The notes: a model not told the origin generated them from the letters alone. A DNA stretch of 64,000 nucleotides from an uncultured Verrucomicrobiae bacterium (GCA_963702845.1 OY969763.1:3936001-4000000), one strand, 5' to 3'. Counted from the stretch's first letter, positions 50,849-62,314 are shown. Made by a program: numbers and translations.

Positions 50849-52102
50849 ATGGTGCAAACAACAACTTGTGGCAGCATTCGTCGAATCGGGATTATTTTGG
50901 TTTGGAGTTGCAGTGCGCTTTTGCTTGTCTGACTGCTGGCGCGTTTTCTCTGCTGGGACCGATTCCTTCGTGGATGGAAGCGACGAATCTTTGGTTTTAT
51001 CCCGGCGAAATCGGCGGACCGATGGAGAAAGGTCAGGGATACGCCGCAACGTGAAGTTATCAGGTATGGTTTTAATCAATGGTTCCTAGATTATTTCGGC
51101 AACGCCGGTGTTCTTGCAGTGCAACAAGCTTTCGTCACACTGAACCGACTGCCAAGTGCCACGCTGCTTGATGTAAACCGGTATCCAAGGAACGTCATTG
51201 GTTCCAATCAAGGTGCATATTACGCAAACATCATCGATTTAAAACTGGTGACGCTCCATACGGTGCTCGAGGAGATGGGGCTGAGTTCTCCACTCCGTTA
51301 CGTTTGGACGCTGCACTACATGGACGACGCTTTCTTGAATAACCTTTTTTTCTACGACGAGGCGAGCATGTCGCCTGAACAGATTGCGTTTTATCTACGA
51401 AAGTTGAATTTCGATCCTGTGACTTTTCAGCCAACCCCTTGGCTTAGCGGCCAGCGCTATACGTTTCAAATCGACATCTTGGGAATCCATGGACCGTCGT
51501 TTGCTCAATCGGTCCCAATCGATCCATCTATAGGGGTCATCCCTCCAGTTGCTGACGCAAACGTGTTCAACCGTGGTCTTTTTGCCACGGGCCTGAGCCG
51601 CGATGACGTCGGCGGTCTCAAATACCTTTTGCAGTATAACAACGTAAACGTCGAAACATTCGATCCGTCGGTTCACGTTCGATTGGCCAATCGCCGTCCG
51701 GTGGCCAGGACCGGTCGGCACCTCGGCGTCGATAAAATCACGTTTGTTAAGCACCGCAGCAATGGCGTGGGAGCTTTTTTGCCGATGACATTCAGATCCG
51801 CGGTTTATGTTCTCGATGGTCACCATGTCGAGACAGCCCTCGCCAATCGCTTTGTGACAAAGCCGGATTTCTTGTTCAGTGCCGGGCATTTGAGCAGACC
51901 TTGGGTTGAGCGTTCAGGAACCTCGAACTGGGTGAATAACAGCGCGGCAAACCACAAAGCCGACGGGGAGGGCCCAGGCGTTATCGCGGGCCAGACGCAG
52001 ATCACTTTTGATACTAACACGAGCCCTGTCACACTGCCTCGCTACCAATGGCATTGGGGCAACATCACGTCGGCCACTAATGCGGTTATTTTGGGTCGGT
52101 GA
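50849..52102 (+). pseudogene. Secreted hypothetical protein with degenerate metzincin-like features; 5' part broken by about 3 frameshifts (pseudogene or assembly error)
   Basis: Fragments join as signal peptide - AFSLLGP...EIGGPM...GYRRNV...YGFNQWFLDYFGNAGVLAVQQAF; the remainder is intact from 51119 to 52102. Confidence 0.55.
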
Positions 52103-52461
52103 GTTGGTCCAGCTCGGCTAGTCGGGCCCGCACTAAGTTCTTCAACAATTTTCGATCGAATTCCCAATCGACAGGGATTTGAAAGCAGTGCTTCGTAACG
52201 ACAAATTTTCCCAACCTCGACTTTGAATGCTTGAATCACACTAGGACTCCAGGGTGCAAATGTTAAATGATGCTTATAGGCAGCAATGCCAGCGACATAT
52301 TTCCCGTTCCGATGGATGTTGGGGACATTCCAGGAAATTTTAGATTCCAGTTCCGGAAATTCGACAAGTATCAAATCAATAACACCCTTGATCGTCCTGG
52401 CTTTTGTAGGATCCACTGAGGCTAAATAGTCTTCAACGGAATTGAATCTTGGGGACTTCAT
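52086..52461 (-). CDS. DUF1801 (YdhG-like) small protein (frameshift near 52215)
   Basis: SVEDYLA, KISWNVP, AAYKHHL; continues in a shifted frame as FQIPVDWEFDRKLLKNLVRARLAE. Confidence 0.75.
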
Positions 52462-52626
52462 TTCTTTTCGACGTGGGCAGGCAACAACCTTCGCCCCTCG
52501 CAACTTGGTCTCAATCTAATCGCGCCGTTACTCATCGTTCAATTTCTTTCCCTTTAGAATTTGCGGCAGGCATTTTTCAACTATCGCCTCTCGAGTTGCT
52601 ACGCAACCTTTTCGAGAAGATTTTCG

Positions 52627-53976
52627 CTACTTCACCGTTGGCAGGATGATGCCGAAGGTGGTGCCGCGGTTGACCTGGGTCTGGAATTCCAAGGCGCCGC
52701 CATGTTTTTCGACGATGCGCGCAGCGATGGAAAGGCCAAGGCCGGTTCCGCTGTCTTTGGTGCTGAAGAACGGGTCGAACAATCGCTTCTGCACATCCAG
52801 TGGAATTCCTTTTCCGGTATCCTGAGTTTCGAGGATGACGACCGGTTGCGGATGCCCGTTGAGACGTGCGGTTGAAGCACGCGCCCTTAAAACGACGTGG
52901 CCATGTTGATCGATGCTCTCGGCGGCGTTCTGGACCAAATTAATCAACACTTGTTTGAGTTGCTGCGGATCAGCTTCGAACGAATCGTTGGACAGCTCTT
53001 CGATACGCAAGGTAATGCCGCGTTTTTCGAGCTGCGGGGCGAGCAGGTCGCGAATGTCACGCAAAATGGGTTCGGCGGTCAGCCGTACCAATTGCGGTTC
53101 GGATGGACGCGCGAATTCAAGGAAATCTTTGACGATGCGTTCGAGACGATTGATTTCCGCGCCAATGACAACAACGTCTTCGAATTCTTCGGTGCCCTTG
53201 TTTAAACGGCGTTGGTGACTGAACAAACGCGCTTTGATGGCAGTGAGCGGGTTGCGGATTTCGTGCGCGACGCCGGCGGCGAGGACGCCGAGTGAGGCAA
53301 GCTTTTCCTGGCGCTCGATGATGGCGTGGGTTTGAACGAGCTTGAGCTGAAGCGGGGCGATCATTTCGCGATAGATGGTGACGAAGAGCCAAATCAGTGA
53401 ACCTATCAGCAATCCCAATGAACCGAAGATGACCCAGCGCAGGAGCGAGATGGATTTTTGCGATTCAAGAAAAGCGGCTTCGAGAGTTGCACGGTGGGCG
53501 TCGGCGAGGAGATGGCCGAGTTCAAACAAGGGCGAGACAGTTTTTTGAGTTTCTTCGATGTGACGTATCCTGGAATCTTCGGATCGATCCGGATCGTTCA
53601 AAGCTTTGGAACTGGCGGCGTGAAACGCATCAAAGGCATTGTCGATTTCGTTCAGCAAGGAAAGTTCGCGCGCTGAATTGAGCACAGGCTTCTGTTCATT
53701 GATCCAGTTATCCAGAGCGGCGCTATCACGTTTAAATTTATCGAGAGTGCCCGGGTCGTGCCGCAGCTCAAAAGTCACGAGGTCGGTTTGCAATCCGAGG
53801 ATCGTTGCCTGGAGGTGGTCGGCGATTTCAAAACTGCGCAAGTGGCCAGTGCTGAGCTGTTGTTGAAGGCGGCCGACTTCGCGCCAGCTCGAGTACGCAG
53901 CAAATCCGATGGCGCCGGCGAGGGTGATGATCACCAATGCAAACGTTACCAAACGAACTTTGAGAGCCCGGTTCAT
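52627..53976 (-). CDS. Membrane sensor histidine kinase (NtrB-like transmitter)
   Basis: Two TMs around a helical sensor; H-box GVAHEIRNPL, N-box QVLINLVQNA, DTGKGI, FDPFFSTK, GTGLGL. Confidence 0.94.
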   Translation of the reverse strand: MNRALKVRLVTFALVIITLAGAIGFAAYSSWREVGRLQQQLSTGHLRSFEIADHLQATILGLQTDLVTFELRHDPGTLDKFKRDSAALDNWINEQKPVLNSARELSLLNEIDNAFDAFHAASSKALNDPDRSEDSRIRHIEETQKTVSPLFELGHLLADAHRATLEAAFLESQKSISLLRWVIFGSLGLLIGSLIWLFVTIYREMIAPLQLKLVQTHAIIERQEKLASLGVLAAGVAHEIRNPLTAIKARLFSHQRRLNKGTEEFEDVVVIGAEINRLERIVKDFLEFARPSEPQLVRLTAEPILRDIRDLLAPQLEKRGITLRIEELSNDSFEADPQQLKQVLINLVQNAAESIDQHGHVVLRARASTARLNGHPQPVVILETQDTGKGIPLDVQKRLFDPFFSTKDSGTGLGLSIAARIVEKHGGALEFQTQVNRGTTFGIILPTVK

Positions 53977-54289
53977 GGGTTAGATAGTTATCAATGTGGA
54001 AAGTTCCTTACCACATTTCCGCAGTGTTAAATGACATTTTACTATTTGTTACGAGGAACGGAACGAATTTCCCAACACTTGGCACGGTTAGAGCTAAATC
54101 CCTGCCATCGGTAGACGGTTTTCGTGACCGATACTAATTTGGGCGCCGAGTGACACTCTGGACTCACTGGCCGAGTTAGCTTTCTCGGCTGGAACAAGAC
54201 TCGCTCGGTGCCCTTTTTATTTCGTCCGTTGTTACTTACTGTCTGCAATTTCCCGTACGCCGCTTTCCAGATTTTCGCTTCTGACATTC

Positions 54290-54601
54290 TTACGTTTTCT
54301 GTTCTGCGTCGGCCATTTTGCGGAGCGTGGCGAATGGGAAGATGCCGGAGTTGTGGCCGTCGCCCCACGTGGGTTGGAGACCATAGCCGCCGATGTTGTC
54401 GATACGCAGCAGAATGTACGAGCGGGGGGTCAGTTTGATTTCAGGACCTTTGTGCAGATTGCCCATCACATCCATTTCGCCTTTGCAACCGGCGCAAGGA
54501 CAATACTGGCGTAGTGATTTCAACGAGAGAAAAGTTTCTTTGCCGTCGTCCCATTTGATGGCGAGTTCTTCGCCGATGGTCTGGATGTCGGTCGGGCGCA
54601 T
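54290..54601 (-). CDS. DUF971 / gamma-butyrobetaine hydroxylase N-terminal-like protein
   Basis: LAIKWDDG, LRQYCPCAGC, GGYGLQPTWGDGHNSGIF. Confidence 0.85.
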   Translation of the reverse strand: MRPTDIQTIGEELAIKWDDGKETFLSLKSLRQYCPCAGCKGEMDVMGNLHKGPEIKLTPRSYILLRIDNIGGYGLQPTWGDGHNSGIFPFATLRKMADAEQKT

Positions 54602-54605
54602 AAAT

Positions 54606-55121
54606 CTATTTAGGGCTGAGGTGCAAATCGGGTTCGGTCCACGCGTGTTCTTTTTTATCGACGATAATGACGCGTGGGAGGAATTCGATGACGTGTCCAA
54701 ATTGTTCCATAGTAACGGTCCCGGGCAGGAAGGTCGGGTCCTGGAAAAGCATTTTGCCGAATGGAATTTCGGTAGTGCCCTGGTAGAATTTGACAGTTTG
54801 ATTGAGATTGGTTTGTGGAGTTTTGGTGGCATCGAAAATAATCCGATGCGACAGATGGAACGTTGGTTGTTGGATCTCCAACGACGGTGCGCCGTTGGTG
54901 TCGGTGATGAAAGTGATTTCCCACGGGCCTTTGCCTTCGCGCCGGTGCTGCATCCAACTGAAGAACACGAGGTAGAACACAACTGCGATCACAGCAGCGA
55001 TGCCAGCGTGGCGAAGGAAACTGTCTTTTCCGTCTTTTTGCACGTGGCAATATTCGGCAATCGAAGGGCAAAGGAAAGTGAAAGTGCGAACCTGTTGGGT
55101 GGCCCCTGCCACTTCGATCAT
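54606..55121 (-). CDS. Hypothetical single-TM protein
   Basis: TM HAGIAAVIAVVFYLVFF; stop lies 4 bp before the DUF971 start; start uncertain. Confidence 0.6.
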   Translation of the reverse strand: MIEVAGATQQVRTFTFLCPSIAEYCHVQKDGKDSFLRHAGIAAVIAVVFYLVFFSWMQHRREGKGPWEITFITDTNGAPSLEIQQPTFHLSHRIIFDATKTPQTNLNQTVKFYQGTTEIPFGKMLFQDPTFLPGTVTMEQFGHVIEFLPRVIIVDKKEHAWTEPDLHLSPK

Positions 55122-55184
55122 GGCTACGTCTTAAAAGTATTGTCGCAAAGAACGTTGCTCTTGGGTCATGCTGTCGTCGGCGTG

Positions 55185-55949
55185 ATGAAAAGTTCTGAAA
55201 TTTGGCGATGGATTGTCGTGATTGCCGGTTTGTGGACGACTACGGGGGCCTTTGCTCAAGGTGGCCTGACAAACCCGCCGCCTTTGATGGAAGTTTCGCC
55301 GGGCGTCTATCAAATCGGGCTCGTGCAACTGGACAAATCCAATAAAAGTGTTCAATTCCCTGCTGTTTTAAACATGGATCACGGGTTGATCGAGTACCTG
55401 CTCGTCACGACCCGTGGGAAAACCCATGAAAGCCTGCTGAAGACTGAGGCAGAGCCATACCATATTCATGTCGCGATGCTGTTGCTGGGCGCGAAGGGCG
55501 CGGCGCAAACGAAGGAACTGTTGAACGTACCGACGGGCGAGTATCACGTTAACACGCCCGGAGCGGCGACGAATCGGTTGGCGGCTTTGTTGAAGGGGGA
55601 TCCGATTCGGATCGAGTTGGTTTGGACGAATGCAAATGGCGCGCGCGGAGCGACGCACCCTACCGTTAGCACGAACGCGGCCGAGGATTGGATTACGGAT
55701 TTGCAAACGGGAAAATCCGCGGCGCGCGGAACGTGGGATTACAATGGGTCGCGAGTTGTCGATGGCATATATATGGCGCAACAGCAGGGCTCAATTGTGG
55801 CCGTTATCGACGATGTGGATGCGATGGTGAATAATCCGCGCAAGGGACATGAGAACGATCAGGTTTGGGAGGTTCGCACCAATACGGTGCCGAAATTGAA
55901 CGGGAAGGTGTTGGTCAGGTTCAAATTAGGCAGTAAGGTACGCAACTGA
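55185..55949 (+). CDS. Exported YdjY-domain-like protein
   Basis: Signal peptide; IEYLLV...GKTHESLL...HIHVAMLLLG and W-x-YNGS motifs. Confidence 0.65.
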   Translation: MKSSEIWRWIVVIAGLWTTTGAFAQGGLTNPPPLMEVSPGVYQIGLVQLDKSNKSVQFPAVLNMDHGLIEYLLVTTRGKTHESLLKTEAEPYHIHVAMLLLGAKGAAQTKELLNVPTGEYHVNTPGAATNRLAALLKGDPIRIELVWTNANGARGATHPTVSTNAAEDWITDLQTGKSAARGTWDYNGSRVVDGIYMAQQQGSIVAVIDDVDAMVNNPRKGHENDQVWEVRTNTVPKLNGKVLVRFKLGSKVRN

Positions 55950-56088
55950 CCACACGCGGAGGAAACGCCACGCCGCATCGCCAAGATGCAGGCTTGAAAC
56001 TTTTGGGCTAAAACGGGTTTAATATGGTAGGCAGGTACCCGACTTTTTCACGAACGACGGAATTATTTGATTAGAACTATAGATACAA

Positions 56089-57370
56089 ATGCCAGCATTC
56101 GCTTACAAAGCACGTAAACGCTCCGGGGAAGTGGTGACAGGTGTTCTGGAAGTGGCCGACCGCAGTGCGGCGCTGCTCCAGATCGATCGCCTTGGCCTAT
56201 TCCCTATCGCCGTCGATATGCCCAAAGGTGCGGCGGCGGCTGCTGCATTGGCCGACAAGGGCGGTGCGACGAAGGGGAGCATGGATTTTCTGCCGCCCGC
56301 ATTGCGCAATATCGTCAATCGCAAGCGCAAACCTAAGATGCAGGAGTTGGCGACGTTCACGCAACAGCTCGCAAACCTGCTCAAAGCCGGCATGCCGCTG
56401 ACAACGGCGCTTAACAGCATGACGTATCTGACGAGCAAAGGAATTTCGGCGGATGTCGCCAAGCAGCTCAAGCAGGACGTCATGGAAGGTAAAGGTCTTT
56501 CGGATGCGATGGCCAAGCAGCCGGTTATTTTCTCGAATCTCTACATCAACATGGTAAAAGCGGGCGAGCAGTCCGGCGCGCTGGAGGATGTGTTGCGCCG
56601 GATGGCGGATCACTTCACGCGCTTTGCGGAAGTGCAGGCGAAGTTTAAGTCGGCGCTGATCTATCCAGCATTCGTTTTGATGGTCGGCATCGGCATTGGT
56701 ATTTTCTTCATGACCGTAATGTTGCCGAACTTTTTGAAGTTGTTTGATGGCTTCAAGATTCCCCTGCCCCTTGGCAACGCGCATGTTGATCGGGTTGAGT
56801 AACTTTTTCCAACATTGGTGGTGGCTGATACTGGCGGTGGTCTCGACGGCGGTGTTGGTGTTTTACCGATTCAGCACGACGGAGCACGGGAAGCGAGCGA
56901 TCGATCAATGGAAACTTTCCGTGCCAATCGTCGGAAAGGTGATGCGCTTAAATTTATTCGGACAATTCGCGCGCACACTGGCGACGTTGTTGCACAACGG
57001 TGTGCCGGTCCTGACGGCCTTGGAAATCACCGAGCAAATCATCCCGAACCGAATCGTGAAGGAAGCGATTGCGCAAACGCGACGCGAGGTCACGGACGGA
57101 AAAACGATCGCGCAACCATTGGCGCGCAGCAAAGTGTTTCCGCAGTTGATGGTCGACCTGATTAAAATCGGCGAAGAAACTGGTAACGTGCCCGGCTCGC
57201 TCGCGAACGTGGCGGACACTTACGAGAACGAGTTGAATATCGCGTTGCGCGTGATGACGAACATGATCGAACCGGTGATCATCGTCATTATGGCGATGGG
57301 TGTCGGCTTCTTGCTGGTCAGCGTGTTGTCAGCCATGTTTGCAATTACGTCGAACATTGGCATGAAATAA
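56089..57370 (+). CDS. gspF: T2SS inner membrane platform protein GspF/PilC (frameshift near 56772)
   Basis: MPAFAYKA, FTQQLANLLKAG, MVKAGEQSGAL, SALIYP, FARTLATLL, IGEETG, MIEPVII. Confidence 0.93.
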
Positions 57371-57407
57371 CACAAGTCCGCCACTTACGTTGCCGACTAC
57401 TTAATTG

Positions 57408-57872
57408 ATGCATTTTCACAAGAGCACATTTCACAAAGCGTTTACGCTGATCGAAATCATGGTCGTGGTTGCGATCATGGGCCTGATTCTCGCAATGGGT
57501 ATGCCATCGATCGTGAGAAGTTTGCGCAAAGAAGGAATGCGCAAAGCGGTGGATGATATCATGGAGGCGTGCAAGGCGGCGCGGTCGGATGCGATTATCC
57601 ACCAGAAAACGGCTGATTTGGTTTTGCATCCCGTCGATGGGACGATTTCGGCCCCGGGGTTCAAGGAAGCCACGCTGCCGAGCAATATTGAAATTCAAAT
57701 CCTCGGCGTGAATTTCGTGCAATTCGAACGTGCTGACGAAGCGAAGGTTCATTTTTTTCCCAACGGCACAAGCGACGAGTTCACGATTGTTTTGCAAGAC
57801 GACCAATTGCAAACGCGGAAAATTTCTCTCGATGTGATGACCGCGTTGCCGGACGTGGAGGCGATTAGATAA
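57408..57872 (+). CDS. Minor pseudopilin (GspH-like)
   Basis: Prepilin motif AFTLIEIMVVVAI; FFPNGTS motif. Confidence 0.8.
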   Translation: MHFHKSTFHKAFTLIEIMVVVAIMGLILAMGMPSIVRSLRKEGMRKAVDDIMEACKAARSDAIIHQKTADLVLHPVDGTISAPGFKEATLPSNIEIQILGVNFVQFERADEAKVHFFPNGTSDEFTIVLQDDQLQTRKISLDVMTALPDVEAIR

Positions 57873-58301
57873 ATGAAAGTTAAAGGTCAAATACTAAGGG
57901 CTAAAGGAACACGCGCGTTCACCCTTATCGAAGTGGTCGTCGCGGTGGGGGTGTTTTTCATGGCGATGTTTGCAATCCTCGGGGTCATGAGCCAATGCAT
58001 TCGCGCCGTAGGAAGTTTGCAAAAAGATTCGCCGACAGCGGGAATGGTTGCAGCGATGGCGACGTCCGTTGATAAGTGGGAAGAAGGGTCTGATTCCGGG
58101 GATTTCGGCGATTTTTATCCGGATTATACGTGGGAGACAACCACCAATCGTTTTACCGGCATCACGCCGGGTGATGACGGTAATCAGCCGCCGGTTTTTG
58201 AATTGGACATCATCGTGAAACACAAAGGAGAGGTGGCATCGGCATTGAGCGTGTTGCACTACTCGCCGAATTCGCCGATGAAAAGCGGGTTCGGACATTG
58301 A
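57873..58301 (+). CDS. Minor pseudopilin (GspI-like)
   Basis: AFTLIEVVVAV; SGDFGDFYPDYTW. Confidence 0.78.
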   Translation: MKVKGQILRAKGTRAFTLIEVVVAVGVFFMAMFAILGVMSQCIRAVGSLQKDSPTAGMVAAMATSVDKWEEGSDSGDFGDFYPDYTWETTTNRFTGITPGDDGNQPPVFELDIIVKHKGEVASALSVLHYSPNSPMKSGFGH

Positions 58302-58975
58302 TGAAACTTTTTACTCACAAATTGAAACACGACGGCCGCAAGCGATCGCTCCTGGCGTTTACGCTGCTGGAACTTCTTGTCGCGATGACGCTCTTCACGC
58401 TGGTGCTGGTGTCGATTTTTCAATGTTGGAAGTTGATCGCAAATGGTTCAAAAGTCGGACTCGAAGCGGCAGCGAGTGCGCAACGAGCGCGCACCGGAAT
58501 CTTGACGATCCAGGCAGCGTTGCAGACCGCGCAAATGTCGCTCGGCAGTTTGGACTATTACACGTTTGAGGCGGACACGAGCGGCAAGTTCGCAGCGCTG
58601 GCGTTTACGGCGCGATTGCCGGACAATTTTCCCGGCTCATCGCTGTTTGGTGACTCAAGCACACGCCGCATCACCTTCCAGGTGGAACGCGGGCAGGATA
58701 ACAAAAACAACCTGGTCATGACACAGTGGCCGTTGTTGGTCGCCGTGACGAAAGATGCCACGCCCTACCCTATCGTGCTGGCGCGGGATGTCAGCGTGTT
58801 CAACATCGAGTTTTGGTCGGACAAAGAAAAGGATTGGGTGACTGAATTTCTGGACACGAACCAGATCCCCAAGCTCATGCGGGTTGCCCTGGGGGTTGGT
58901 TATTCGGCGCATGATTGGAATCGACCGCAGCAACTCGTCACGCGCGTAGTTGCGCCAGCAGCATCAGCCCATTGA
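58301..58975 (+). CDS. Minor pseudopilin (GspJ-like)
   Basis: AFTLLELLVAM; C-terminal W...IPKLMRVAL. Confidence 0.78.
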   Translation: MKLFTHKLKHDGRKRSLLAFTLLELLVAMTLFTLVLVSIFQCWKLIANGSKVGLEAAASAQRARTGILTIQAALQTAQMSLGSLDYYTFEADTSGKFAALAFTARLPDNFPGSSLFGDSSTRRITFQVERGQDNKNNLVMTQWPLLVAVTKDATPYPIVLARDVSVFNIEFWSDKEKDWVTEFLDTNQIPKLMRVALGVGYSAHDWNRPQQLVTRVVAPAASAH

Positions 58976-60120
58976 AGACAAGAATTACAGTTGAATCTCG
59001 CAACTCGAATGGTCAACGCGGCGTCGCGTTGATCATGGTGATGATTATTATCCTGACGCTATCCGCGATTGTGGGCGGGTTTGCCTATGCGATGAAGATT
59101 GAGATGACGCTGGCGCGCAATTCGGATTATGACAACGACATGATCTGGATGGGACGATCAGGGGTCGAATTGGCGCGCTTTTTGATAACACTGCGTCCTC
59201 AAGGGCAAAACATTGATGCGCTCAACCAACCGTGGGCAGGTGGGGTAAGCGTGGCCAATGATACGCTGGCAAAGGTGCCGACTGACAATATTGAATTATT
59301 TCCCGGCAAGATTTCGTACAAGATCACCGACCTTTCATCCAAGTTCGACATCAACATGGTCGTAAATCCCGGGTATCCGCAGAACCTTGTTGTTTTGCAG
59401 AATGCCTTGAATCAGATGGGCGTGACGGATTCCGGGTTGGTGCAAACCATTGTCGATTCCATTCAAGACTGGGTCGGCCCTCGCAGCGGACATGCGCGTC
59501 TGAGCGGCGCCAAGGACGACTATTACATGAACCAACAACCTCCGTATTATTGCAAATCCGGGTGGATTGATGATATCAACGAACTGCTCCTCATCAGGGG
59601 CATCAACGAGCATCCGGAAATTTTCTGGGGCTCGAATTCAACCAACCACACGACTTCCGCTTACCAATTAAAGGCACAAAACAGTCCATTTTTGCGGGAT
59701 CGACAACAACCAAATTATCCGTTCGGACTGAACGACATTTTTTGCGCGGGTGGCATTCAGCTTAATGTGAATACGGCGAAGCCAAATGTTCTGCAAATGA
59801 TCCCCGGCATGAACGACATGATGGCTGAAGATGCGCAGAAACGGCGCGCAGGGGTCGATGGAGTCGATGGCAATGAAGACGACGCTCCGTTCACGAGCCC
59901 ACAGGATATTTTTCAGTCGTTTCAAGGCGCAGGTCCCGCGCCCGCACCCGGAGGCGCGCAATTCGGCGCGTTGGGCCAATTGCTCGGTGTTACCAGTCAT
60001 CTGTTCCAGGTGAAGGTGGATTGCGAAATTAATGGTTACAAAAAGGAATACACCGCAATTCTTCGCCGCGTTCCGAACAAGCCCACCGAATTGCAAGTGC
60101 TTCAGTTTTTTTGGAAATAG
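58972..60120 (+). CDS. gspK: Minor pseudopilin GspK
   Basis: QRGVALIMV (no Glu5), DALNQPW, KFDIN, IQDW, ELLLIRGI, LNVNTA motifs. Confidence 0.88.
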   Translation: MKTRITVESRNSNGQRGVALIMVMIIILTLSAIVGGFAYAMKIEMTLARNSDYDNDMIWMGRSGVELARFLITLRPQGQNIDALNQPWAGGVSVANDTLAKVPTDNIELFPGKISYKITDLSSKFDINMVVNPGYPQNLVVLQNALNQMGVTDSGLVQTIVDSIQDWVGPRSGHARLSGAKDDYYMNQQPPYYCKSGWIDDINELLLIRGINEHPEIFWGSNSTNHTTSAYQLKAQNSPFLRDRQQPNYPFGLNDIFCAGGIQLNVNTAKPNVLQMIPGMNDMMAEDAQKRRAGVDGVDGNEDDAPFTSPQDIFQSFQGAGPAPAPGGAQFGALGQLLGVTSHLFQVKVDCEINGYKKEYTAILRRVPNKPTELQVLQFFWK

Positions 60121-60214
60121 CGCGCCACTCCGCGGTTGTTTTCATTGACTTCTCAACTGGTAAAAATTCTCATAGGCACGAATTCCTGCCGCGATAGAAT
60201 CGCCGGGAACACCT

Positions 60215-62238
60215 ATGACCAGGAGAACCTTCGGTTTTGTTATAAGCCTGTTTCTGCTCGCTGCGGCCCCGTGGCTGCACGGTCAGACTCAGCTGATCGT
60301 CAATGGCGGTTTTGAAAATGGGCCGGACAATCCGAACCCATGGGTGTTGGAGGACTCGATCGTTTCGACCCCGTCCGACGCCACCTACGCGCGGAGCGGG
60401 ACATATTTTCTGTGGCTCGGTGGCCTGGCGCCATGGTTCGATGACGCTTATCAATTCGTGACGCTACCCACCGGACTGTCCTCAGCGACGCTCTCGTTTT
60501 ATTACAACGTGAATACTTTCGAGGGCACGACCACAGCGAAGGACTTCTTTTCAGCAAGCATCCGCAACACAAGCGGAAGCACACTGGCGACGATCACAAA
60601 CTTGTCCAATGTGAACGCGGACTTCGGTGTTGGCAGCGCCTTTTACCATCAGCAAACATTCAACCTCCTGCCCTACGCCGGACAAACGGTTGCCATATAT
60701 TTTGAGAGCCAAAACGACAATTCGGCTGAAACGAGTTTTTTCATCGATGACGTCAGCGTCGCGGTGACGTTCGCAAGTGGACCAGCGGATTTAACGCCGC
60801 AAAATGTTTCTGTCTCGCCGACGACCGCCCTCGCCGGTGGAACCGTGACGGTGAACTACACCGTCGCCAATGCGGGTGGGGTCGCGGCGCCAGCAAGTCA
60901 CACGAAGGTTGTCATCAAAGACCCGGCCAACAACGTTTTCACCCAACAAATTTTTCCGACCGCTGCCGTCGGGATTGGAGGCACGACCAATGAAAGTCAT
61001 ACGATGGGTTTGGTCGGAGCCATTGCCGGATCTACAACGTCTACGTGACCGTCGATGCCAACAGCGAAGTGACGCAGACCAATACCAGCAACGATACCAG
61101 CATAGCGGTGCCGCTCACAGTGGTCGCGCCGGCGGGATTGATCATCAACCCGATCTACGATTCAACCATCACGAGCGATCCGAATTCCGCCACGATTCAA
61201 AACACGATCAATACGGCGGTTCAGCAGTATGAAGGATTATTTTCCGATCCCATCACTGTGAACATTTTGTTTTCGAAAACAAATACGGGGCTCGGGCAAA
61301 GCTTTACGTTTCTCAGCGGCGTGAGCTATTCGACTTTTCTGACCGCGCTGACTTCGGATTCAAAGACTACGAATGACGCCGTTGCGCTGGCCAACCTGCC
61401 GGTTAGCGCGAACAACCCGGTCAATGGCAACGCTTCGATGTTCTTGACCCTCGCGAATCTGCGAGCGTTGGGATTGAGTGGCACATCATCCACGAATTAC
61501 GACAGCCATATCTTTCTGAATCTTTCAATTATTAATCTGAGCCGATCGAGCATTGACCCGTCGAAATATGACCTGATGGCGGTGGCACAACATGAAATTG
61601 ATGAAGCGCTCGGGTTGGGCTCGTCGCTCAACGGACTCGCTAACGGCTCTCCTGCTCCCACAGGGCCGGTGCACGTTATGGACTTGTTTCGATATGACCA
61701 GAACGGCGCGCGCAGTTTCAACACGTCGAGCACTGCCCAAGCATACTTTTCCATGGATGGCGTGACAGACCTGGCGCGTTTCAATCAAACGCAGAACGGG
61801 GATTTTCAAGATTGGTACAGCCCGGGTGGCCAAACGCCACGAGTCCAGGATGCGTTTGGAACGCCCGGAGCTACGCCGAACCTGGGCGTCGAACTGATCG
61901 CGCTGGATGCAATTGGTTACAACCTAGTGAGCGCAGTTCCAGTTCCGAGAATCATCAACGCTTCGAAAAGCGGCAACACGATCGCGCTGACCTGGACGTC
62001 ACAGGCGAATTTGAATTATCAACTGCAATATAAAACCAACGTGGCGCAGGTCGGATGGTCAACCTTGGGGAGCGCGATCAAGGCCACAAGTTCCACCACG
62101 AGTGCTTCGGATACGATTTCCGCAACGCAACGTTATTACCGTGTCGCTGTGTTGACAGCGTCGTCTTCGATTGTGTCCAGGCTCGCATCCGAACCGCCGG
62201 TCATCAGTGTGGCGACGAATTATTATCGGCCTTTTTAG
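60215..62238 (+). CDS. Secreted putative metalloprotease: beta-sandwich + CARDB + HExxE domain + C-terminal domain (frameshift near 61030)
   Basis: Signal peptide, NGGFE, ADL...VTVNYTVAN.G (CARDB-like), FSDPITVNI, YDLMAVAQHEIDEALG, MDLFRY, LDAIGY. Confidence 0.8.
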
Positions 62239-62314
62239 ACCACCGCACGCCGCGCAAGCTCTTCCAGCGTAAAACATTCAGCAGGCATGCGAAGTGCTTT
62301 AGCAATTGCCAGAA

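Noticed and set aside
54393..55184. Long N-terminal extension of the 518-aa plus-strand ORF
   Set aside because: It is antisense to the DUF971 and hypothetical genes; a signal peptide begins at ATG 55185.
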